A DNA stretch of 39,570 bases from a virus. The notes under the pieces are model-generated. The model ran no database searches and was not told the origin of the DNA. It worked only from the letters and a program-made list of their open reading frames with translations. Position 1 is the first letter of the stretch. Each line of letters opens with the position of its first letter. The stretch lies in the IMG/VR virus record IMGVR_UViG_3300017971_000140; one strand, 5' to 3'. Below, in pieces: positions 33,159 through 39,570 of this stretch. Made by a program: the position numbers and the translations under genes.

Positions 33159-33964
33159 TGAGAATTTTTACGCTAGAAATGGAAGACATATTCGAAGCTG
33201 CTAACCTAACTGATTGCGACGTGTTGCGTACTGTGGTTCTGCCGGACAAGCACTTTCCACATCACTGTAAGAAGACCCATGAGGCTACGGTACAATTCCT
33301 TGAGGATTACCAACCTCACGCTTTGATCTCCTTGGGGGACTGGTGGGAAATGGGACCTGTGAGTCATTGGCAGGGAAATATTAACTTCGAGTTGCTACGG
33401 ACAGAGCTTGAGGGCGGTGTTGATCTCCTTGATGAGATGGTGGAGGCCTGTGGTGATAGCTTGGCTTATAAGTCTGTGTTGCTGGGTAACCATGAGCTGT
33501 GGTACAAAAAGTTGATCTCAAAGCAGGCTCCAGGGCTGCGGAAGTTCTTGAAGGAATCTGGAATGGATATGCACTTCTCTAACGTGTCCGGCCTAGGGGA
33601 TAAGGGGTACGAAGTCTTTGGCTACAACGAAGCTTTGGAGATCGGTGAGAACCTACACACACATGGAGTGTATATCAATGATGCTCATGCTAAGAAGCAT
33701 GTGTCGGTCATGGGACAGAATGTGCTCTACGGTCACACCGAAACCCAACAGCTTTATAGCATGGTTAATGCACGGGGTGTTACCCAGGGGATAAGCCTTG
33801 GTACACAGCGTGACGAGAAGCAGTGCGAGTTCTTGATTAACCGCCCTACTAATTGGGTTACTGGGTTTGGTATCGTGGAATATCGTATCGACGGTGTGAG
33901 TACAATTTACGCACCCAAGATTACAGATGGAGTATTTAGCTTTGGGGGTAAACTTTATGGATAA
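33158..33964 (+). CDS. Calcineurin-like metallophosphoesterase
   Basis: Contains LPDKHFPHH, LGDWWE, LGNHE, HTHG and YGHTE. Confidence 0.7.
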   Translation: MRIFTLEMEDIFEAANLTDCDVLRTVVLPDKHFPHHCKKTHEATVQFLEDYQPHALISLGDWWEMGPVSHWQGNINFELLRTELEGGVDLLDEMVEACGDSLAYKSVLLGNHELWYKKLISKQAPGLRKFLKESGMDMHFSNVSGLGDKGYEVFGYNEALEIGENLHTHGVYINDAHAKKHVSVMGQNVLYGHTETQQLYSMVNARGVTQGISLGTQRDEKQCEFLINRPTNWVTGFGIVEYRIDGVSTIYAPKITDGVFSFGGKLYG

Positions 33965-34115
33965 AGACCACGCTAGGAAGGTTCTTGCCGAGATTTACCA
34001 GCAATTTGCCAGGTTGGAGAAAATGTCGCGGGAGATGGATGAAGTGTCTTACTACGTGAGACGCACTATCCTTGATCTTGAGGTGGCCTTAACGGAGGTG
34101 AAGGAAGATGACTAA
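33957..34115 (+). CDS. Hypothetical protein (52 aa)
   Basis: ATG 33957 overlaps the preceding stop. Confidence 0.4.
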   Translation: MDKDHARKVLAEIYQQFARLEKMSREMDEVSYYVRRTILDLEVALTEVKEDD

Positions 34116-36030
34116 TACTTACGTGTTGGACTTAGAAACCAGGTTGATAGACAAGACGACGTTCGCGCCTAAGCCGATCGTTCTTTCCGTCTACTGCCCC
34201 GACACAGGGGGACACTTCCTCACCAAGGAGATTGCTGAGACAATCGAGATGATGCTCAGAGAAGGGCATACGATGGTGTGGCACAATGCTAAATTTGATA
34301 TGACTGTATTATACAAACACTTTGCTGGCTTGCGTCCGCTGATTTTTGAGGCATACAAGAGAGGAAGCATCAGGTGTACCAAGATTCGAGAAGCCTTGTT
34401 ACATCTCTCGGTGGTGGGTCATTTGAACAACCCTAAATCGTTAGCTGCTTGTGTAATGCGTTATTTCCAAGAAGATATCAGTGACGCTAAGACCGATCCT
34501 AACGCTTGGCGATTGCGTTACTCTGAGTTAGAGGACGTCGAGATTGTAGATTGGCCGCAAGCTGCTATCGATTACGCCCTGGACGACACTAAGTGGGGAT
34601 GGAAAGTGTACGCTCGACAAGCGGAGCTAGCCAACCCAGAAGGTGAGTGTTCCATGGGCACCGAGAACCTACAGACATTCTTTGATTTCGTCGGTGGATT
34701 GATGACTGAGAAAGGATTCTTGATAGACACACAGTTGGTGTTAGACACACAGGCTGAGCTTGAGGAGAAGGGGAAAGAGCCTCTCGCTGCGCTAGTCGAC
34801 GCTGGGTTTGCTACTGTGGCAGCGAAGGGGAAGAAGGCAGGGAAGGTTTCTATCGGGGAGAAGAAGCTTAGGGCTTATATCCTTGAGTTATATCCTGAGT
34901 CTGTGCAGTATTCAGAACCTAGTAAATCCTTCCCTAATGGACAGGTTAGCCTAGCTGCTGATGCTATTGCGGATTACCCTAAAGACCCGGTTATTGATGC
35001 TCTTAAGGAATACCAGGGGTATAGGAAGATGCTCAGTACTTACCTGCCGAATCTGCTCAGGGATAAGACTATTCATCCTCAGTTCAATGTACTGGTAACC
35101 TCTGGTCGCACCAGTAGTCACGGGGTGAAACCTAAAGACAGGGGTGAGAGGTTACCTAGTGAAAACGTGCAGAACCTGCCTAGAGGTGGTAATATCAGAG
35201 AAGCTCATATTGCTAGGCCTGGGAAAGTGTTGGTCGGTATCGACTATGGGCACTTGGAGTTAGATTGCTTGGCACAAGTAACGTTCGAGATGTTTGGATT
35301 CTCTAGGATGATGGACGCTATCAATGCGGGTAAAGATCCTCATTGTGTTATGGGTGCCCAGCTGATGAGTCTGAAGAAACACGAGGATATCAGCTACGAT
35401 GAGTTCATGGCAGCTATGAAGGGTGGAGACAAAGATGCTAAATTCTTTCGTCAAATGGCCAAGGCTGCTAACTTCGGGTTTCCTGGAGGACTTGGGCCGG
35501 CTAGAATGACCGATTATGCTAAGAAGACTTATGGCATTGAGGATATGACGGAAGACGCTGCACGAGAATTGAGGAAAGTCTTCCTGGATACATACCCTGA
35601 AGTTGCTAAACTCTTTCGGTGGTATGCGTATCAGGAAGGTGTAGACGGTTGGGGTTACTCCTCAAGTGGTAGATGGCGTGCTCGGTGTGGTTATTGCGAT
35701 GGACTGAATGGACTCGGCTTGCAATCACGTTCAGCAGATGGTGCAAAAGGTGCTGGTTTATTATTGGCTGAAGCGTGTGAAGTAGGTGAACTAAGCGACT
35801 GTGACTTACTAGCTTTCATTCACGATGAATATATTATAGAAATGCCGAATGATGATAAACTACACGAACGAATTGACCTAGCATGTACATTAATGTTAAA
35901 GGGTATGCAAGAAGTACTACCGGATGTAAGGATCACGGTTGAAGCTGATGCCATGGAAAGATGGGTGAAGGCTGGACCTTTTGTGTATTCTACTAGTAAG
36001 TCAATCGAACCTAAGGGGGTGACAGCGTGA
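34108..36030 (+). CDS. Family-A DNA polymerase with a 3'-5' exonuclease domain
   Basis: Exo I VLDLET, Exo II HNAKFD, Exo III YALDDT. Pol motif A GIDYGHLELDCLA, motif B RQMAKAANFGFPGG, motif C FIHDEYIIE. Confidence 0.9.
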   Translation: MTNTYVLDLETRLIDKTTFAPKPIVLSVYCPDTGGHFLTKEIAETIEMMLREGHTMVWHNAKFDMTVLYKHFAGLRPLIFEAYKRGSIRCTKIREALLHLSVVGHLNNPKSLAACVMRYFQEDISDAKTDPNAWRLRYSELEDVEIVDWPQAAIDYALDDTKWGWKVYARQAELANPEGECSMGTENLQTFFDFVGGLMTEKGFLIDTQLVLDTQAELEEKGKEPLAALVDAGFATVAAKGKKAGKVSIGEKKLRAYILELYPESVQYSEPSKSFPNGQVSLAADAIADYPKDPVIDALKEYQGYRKMLSTYLPNLLRDKTIHPQFNVLVTSGRTSSHGVKPKDRGERLPSENVQNLPRGGNIREAHIARPGKVLVGIDYGHLELDCLAQVTFEMFGFSRMMDAINAGKDPHCVMGAQLMSLKKHEDISYDEFMAAMKGGDKDAKFFRQMAKAANFGFPGGLGPARMTDYAKKTYGIEDMTEDAARELRKVFLDTYPEVAKLFRWYAYQEGVDGWGYSSSGRWRARCGYCDGLNGLGLQSRSADGAKGAGLLLAEACEVGELSDCDLLAFIHDEYIIEMPNDDKLHERIDLACTLMLKGMQEVLPDVRITVEADAMERWVKAGPFVYSTSKSIEPKGVTA

Positions 36031-36554
36031 TAATCACCGCATTTGATCCAGGTTATGTCAAGGCCGGGATAGCACAAATCGAAGTTTTTGAGGATGGAAT
36101 CTTTGTAGAACACGCTGGTTTCATCTTGCCCGCTTGGCAGGCTCCAGGAAAGAGCTTGCAAAAGGTGGATGCAATGATCGCCGGGTTAGAAAAATACAAA
36201 AAAGACTTTCCTCAATTCTTTGTTTGTGATATGCTAGTCGTAGAGGCACAAGAGAGCTACCCTAGGCGTGCTGGTAGATCCGGCGCTAACGCTAACGTAC
36301 TCATAAGGATGGGTAAAGTAGCCGGGGCGTTCTACACCATGGTAGATGCAAAGGAAAAGTGCTTCGTGCTTCCTAAGACGTGGAACGAGTCCCGTAGTAA
36401 GGAGCAGAACCACCCTAGAATTTTTGCTGGGATCGAAAACAAAGATCCTGCCACCTGGCCGTGGGTGCACAAAGTAACGGCGAGTAACTACGAGCATGCC
36501 ATCGATGCAGTTGGTATGGCTCTTTGGATGTACAACCAAAAGAAGGAAAAATAA
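36027..36554 (+). CDS. RuvC-like Holliday junction resolvase
   Basis: ITAFDPGYVKAGIA, VVEAQE and HAIDAVGMALW. GTG start overlaps the polymerase stop. Confidence 0.6.
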   Translation: MIITAFDPGYVKAGIAQIEVFEDGIFVEHAGFILPAWQAPGKSLQKVDAMIAGLEKYKKDFPQFFVCDMLVVEAQESYPRRAGRSGANANVLIRMGKVAGAFYTMVDAKEKCFVLPKTWNESRSKEQNHPRIFAGIENKDPATWPWVHKVTASNYEHAIDAVGMALWMYNQKKEK

Positions 36555-36555
36555 G

Positions 36556-36759
36556 ATGGAAGAAGTATTGAATCTCTTAGCTGAGAACATGTTGTTGTTA
36601 GTTGGTTTCGCGATGGGTGCCTTGTTGGTATTTGTCAGGAAGCAGGCTGCTAAATCTGAAAACAAGATTGATGATCAAGTCGTTGAGTTTGCAGAGAAGA
36701 ACAAGGAATCGATCAACCAAAAGATCGCAGCTGTACTAAAGAAGCTAATCAAACGTTAA
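36556..36759 (+). CDS. Single-TM membrane protein with a charged C-terminal helix
   Basis: 67 aa from ATG 36556. Contains LLLVGFAMGALLVFV. Confidence 0.45.
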   Translation: MEEVLNLLAENMLLLVGFAMGALLVFVRKQAAKSENKIDDQVVEFAEKNKESINQKIAAVLKKLIKR

Positions 36760-36766
36760 CAATAGT

Positions 36767-36790
36767 CCCCCCTCTTCGGAGGGGGTTTCT
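36767..36790 (+). terminator. Strong GC hairpin with a TTCG tetraloop plus a short U-tract
   Basis: CCCCCTC-TTCG-GAGGGGG followed by TTTCT. Confidence 0.7.
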
Positions 36791-36801
36791 CGGGGGATGG
36801 T

Positions 36802-37857
36802 ATGAAGAATATTCTAATGTTATCTGGAAAGGCGGGGTCTGGTAAAGACACCTTTGCAGGTATGCTACAAGGTGATTGGCAAAGAGTGGCCTTTGGTGAT
36901 TTTATAAAGGAAGAAGCCAGTAAATTCGTTGGACTGCCTTTGCGGTATTTCCATGATGTTGAGTTAAAGGACTCTGTCATATGGATTGGGTGGAAGTATC
37001 AAACACCTAGAGACGTATTGCTTTTCATGCATGATTTTTATAGTAAGATGGATCCCAAACGCTGGGTCCGTAAAGTTGTTGAGACTATACAAGCTTCACA
37101 AGGAGAGTATTTTGTAATAACAGACTGGAGATTCCCAAATGAAATGGAAGCTATCAAGGAGGCTTTTTCGAACGATTGTGACGAAGGGGCGAAAGTTACT
37201 ACGGTGCGTGTTGTGGGGAACAGTACTCTGCGGTCATCCCACGAATCCGAGTGTGCGCTTGATAGCCATAATTTTGACCACCTTATTATTAACAGAGGAA
37301 CTCTACAGTTTCTTTCAAACAAAGCGGAAGCGATGAGTGTAATGCTTGGACAGAGTGTTGCAATTGGTTCTTTGTATACTAAGTTACTGCCTAGGATCAA
37401 AGGCGTGTGTAGTAGGAAATGGTTCTACCAGGTTGATATCGATGACCAGGCACAGGAGTTGTTCTACTACGCCCTCAAACAAATGAGACGTAAATATGAT
37501 TTTAGTTGTACGCCTTGGACGTTCATGTACTCAGTCATCGGATTTGAGATTCAGAATCGTGTTAGGAAGGCTCAGACGTATAGCAAACATGTGGTATTAG
37601 GTTCTGGGTTGGAAGATCTGAAAGCTTTGGAGGATGTGGAAAGTGCTCCTCTCCTGCGAAAAAGACTCCTCGACGCTGTGGCTACGCTGTCGGAATTTGA
37701 TCAGAAGTTGTTTACTCTACGGCATGATGGATGGAAGCATAAGGAATTAGCCGCCGAGCTAGACATCAACGAAAATTACTCTCGACAACGCTTGTATTTT
37801 ATCCACAGGAAACTTAGGGTGTTACTCCATGATCTATACTCAGATATCGTCAAGTAA
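36802..37857 (+). CDS. Fusion ORF: dNMP-kinase-like P-loop domain (about aa 1-185) plus an ECF-type sigma factor (about aa 195-351)
   Basis: Kinase part: GKAGSGKDT, ITDWRFPNE, SSHESE. Sigma region 2-like: DDQAQELFYYALKQMRRKYD...IGFEIQNRVRK. Region 4 HTH: LSEFDQKLFTLRHDGWKHKELAAELDINENYSRQRLYFIHRKLR. Confidence 0.65.
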   Translation: MKNILMLSGKAGSGKDTFAGMLQGDWQRVAFGDFIKEEASKFVGLPLRYFHDVELKDSVIWIGWKYQTPRDVLLFMHDFYSKMDPKRWVRKVVETIQASQGEYFVITDWRFPNEMEAIKEAFSNDCDEGAKVTTVRVVGNSTLRSSHESECALDSHNFDHLIINRGTLQFLSNKAEAMSVMLGQSVAIGSLYTKLLPRIKGVCSRKWFYQVDIDDQAQELFYYALKQMRRKYDFSCTPWTFMYSVIGFEIQNRVRKAQTYSKHVVLGSGLEDLKALEDVESAPLLRKRLLDAVATLSEFDQKLFTLRHDGWKHKELAAELDINENYSRQRLYFIHRKLRVLLHDLYSDIVK

Positions 37858-37880
37858 ATTAAACAAGGCCGAAAGAACGT

Positions 37881-37914
37881 CATGGGTAGACTTCGACTTA
37901 GAGGCTACCCATTT
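37881..37914 (+). terminator. Terminator hairpin between the convergent arms
   Basis: ATGGGTAG-15 nt-CTACCCAT followed by TTT. Confidence 0.55.
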
Positions 37915-37971
37915 TAGTACGAAGAATATTGCGGCTTTTCTAAAGATCTTCTCTAGTTTCTGTTTCATCGG

Positions 37972-39570
37972 TTATAGCCCTTGAAGTATTTCGGCTTCCA
38001 TTGCTTTACGCTGAGCTTCCAAGTCCCTGAGAACTTGTCGCTTGTCTCTCTGAGGAATCGACTCGGGGTTAATTTTTCCTGTTGTCTGAAGCTGGTTTAT
38101 CTCCCTAAACTTTTGAGCATGGGAGAGAGTGTTGTTGTTCATTACTCGGCCTGCATGAGCTTTGCGATCGGCTTCATCGTTGATGATGTTGTCTTCGTCG
38201 AGAGATTGGTACAGCTGACGTGCTATGACCGCTCCTTGTTGTTCGGCCTTGCGTAAGGCTCCTCCAAGGGCTGCACCACCTCTTACTACTCCTTCGCTTA
38301 CTCCTCCTACTACTCGGCCAGCACCACCCGTAATGGCAGAGACTACACCTTCTTGTCGTGTGAGGTTTGCGATTTGCTCGGATAGTGGGCTTGCTAGGGC
38401 TGCACCTTCCTCGAATTCGGCAATCGCTGCTGCGTCTGCTAAAGTGTCTCTTACTACTACTGTGTCTCCGAAAGCGTCGTTGAGTTCTGCAAAGTCTTTG
38501 GTGCCGTGTTTGTCTAAGGTAGCGCGTAACTCTGGAGACTTAAGAGCAGCATCATCGATCTTGTCTTCTAGAGCTTCCTTGATTTGTGTGCGAACACCCA
38601 TGAGCTGCTTCATCTGTGATTTCTTTACAGCCTTGAGGGTTGAACCCGTCTTAATGAGTCCGTCTAGTTCTTGTTTGAGTCCAAAAAGGTCTGAGGCTTT
38701 AAACTGCTGATTCTGTAGGAGATCTTCGACGTTGCCTACCGCTGTGATGAATTCGTCGTTGGTTGAGCCTTTCTTCACTGCTTTAGTGACTTCGCGAAGC
38801 TTAGCGATGCCTAGTTGATTGGAACCAAAATCAACGCCTGCTTCATCGGCGGCTTTGGTGATGTTTTCTATTGATTCTCCTAAGAGGTTAGATTCTTTCC
38901 TGACAGCCTTGAACATCTCGCGTTTGTCCATGGACTGGAATGCTGCTCGCTCTGTAGGTAAGACCCCTCTGTTTTGTAGACCTTCTACGCCTTTTACTAG
39001 GTTCTTATTCGTACGTTGGTCAAAGGCTTTCTTGGTACTAGCTTTGGCGGCATTACGTAGATCAGCGGCTATAGCCTTGGGTTTGATTACGTTGGCTGCA
39101 ATGTCTTGGGCTTTCTGAGGAAGGACCCTTCTACCCACTGCACCGAGACTCTTGGAAAGTGCTTCTCCTCCTAGTCCTGTGACTGCTCCGATCGCGGTGC
39201 CAATGCCCACGTCTCCGGCGAACTCTTTTATTTCTCCTCGTGTTAGGTCTGCTTCTGATTTACCCGCTGCTGCTAGTCCACCTAGGCCTGCACCTACTTT
39301 GAGGACTCCGCCTAAACCTTTGGTGGCTAGGCCAGCTCCTCCGGTTGCTACTCCAGATGCTAAAGCGCCTCCGATTTCTCCGGCTGTAAAAGTCTTAGGG
39401 AATGCCTCTTGTGCGGCGGCATCTGCTGCGCGAGCCTCTTCTACTTGGCGTTGGTATTCTCCTACGAAGTCGCCGAATTCGAGTTTGCCGGAAGCGAAGT
39501 TAGCTACGGTATCGGAAAGGCCTGTTACTGCTGCGCCGATGGCTCCCGAGGCTTCGTCGGCAAATCCGAA
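37972..39570 (-). CDS. C-terminal part of the 580-aa Gly/Ala-rich internal virion protein; the ORF is open to the window end and continues at 123..267
   Basis: No stop between 39210 and 39570 in frame. The track start at 39210 is an internal GTG. Contains glycine-zipper-like segments GIGTAIGAVTGLGG. Confidence 0.7.
   Translation of the reverse strand, partial: FGFADEASGAIGAAVTGLSDTVANFASGKLEFGDFVGEYQRQVEEARAADAAAQEAFPKTFTAGEIGGALASGVATGGAGLATKGLGGVLKVGAGLGGLAAAGKSEADLTRGEIKEFAGDVGIGTAIGAVTGLGGEALSKSLGAVGRRVLPQKAQDIAANVIKPKAIAADLRNAAKASTKKAFDQRTNKNLVKGVEGLQNRGVLPTERAAFQSMDKREMFKAVRKESNLLGESIENITKAADEAGVDFGSNQLGIAKLREVTKAVKKGSTNDEFITAVGNVEDLLQNQQFKASDLFGLKQELDGLIKTGSTLKAVKKSQMKQLMGVRTQIKEALEDKIDDAALKSPELRATLDKHGTKDFAELNDAFGDTVVVRDTLADAAAIAEFEEGAALASPLSEQIANLTRQEGVVSAITGGAGRVVGGVSEGVVRGGAALGGALRKAEQQGAVIARQLYQSLDEDNIINDEADRKAHAGRVMNNNTLSHAQKFREINQLQTTGKINPESIPQRDKRQVLRDLEAQRKAMEAEILQGL
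39448..39570. repeat. Second copy of the 123-bp terminal overlap (equals 1-123)
   Basis: Identical sequence gcgttggtattctcc...ggcaaatccgaa at both ends. Confidence 0.95.

Overview
The window is a complete, circularly closed phage genome. Bases 1-123 are repeated at 39448-39570, so the unique length is 39,447 bp. Structural gene order resembles the podovirus / T7 supergroup. I found no single-subunit RNA polymerase, integrase, tRNA, CRISPR array or recognisable endolysin.

Two transcription arms diverge from a repeat-rich 630-bp control region (23029-23660).

- Plus arm (23661-37857): small early genes, two ArdC/PolyVal-like zincin paralogues, a VirE-type SF3 helicase, an AEP primase, a Cas4/RecB-like nuclease, a T7 gp2.5-like SSB, a metallophosphoesterase, a family-A DNA polymerase, a RuvC-like resolvase, and a dNMP-kinase::sigma-factor fusion ORF.
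- Minus arm (23028 down to 1, wrapping to 37972): a short sigma70-driven operon ending in an SpsF-type cytidylyltransferase, an 800-bp ORF-free gap, and a Maf/DUF115-like transferase. These are followed by terS, terL, portal, scaffold, major capsid, two fibre paralogues, tail proteins and three internal virion proteins.

Most interesting observations:
1. A fixed-geometry bipartite motif (AACAC-N14-TACATAGAAGAGTAAG) precedes all seven late operons. It is plausibly read by the phage sigma domain, which is unusually fused to a nucleotide kinase.
2. A two-gene activate-and-transfer module for a nonulosonic-acid-type sugar.
3. The 800-bp non-coding gap.
4. An early promoter family with a conserved CCGATAA box inside the spacer.

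All protein family calls were made by eye from motifs. No database search was run.
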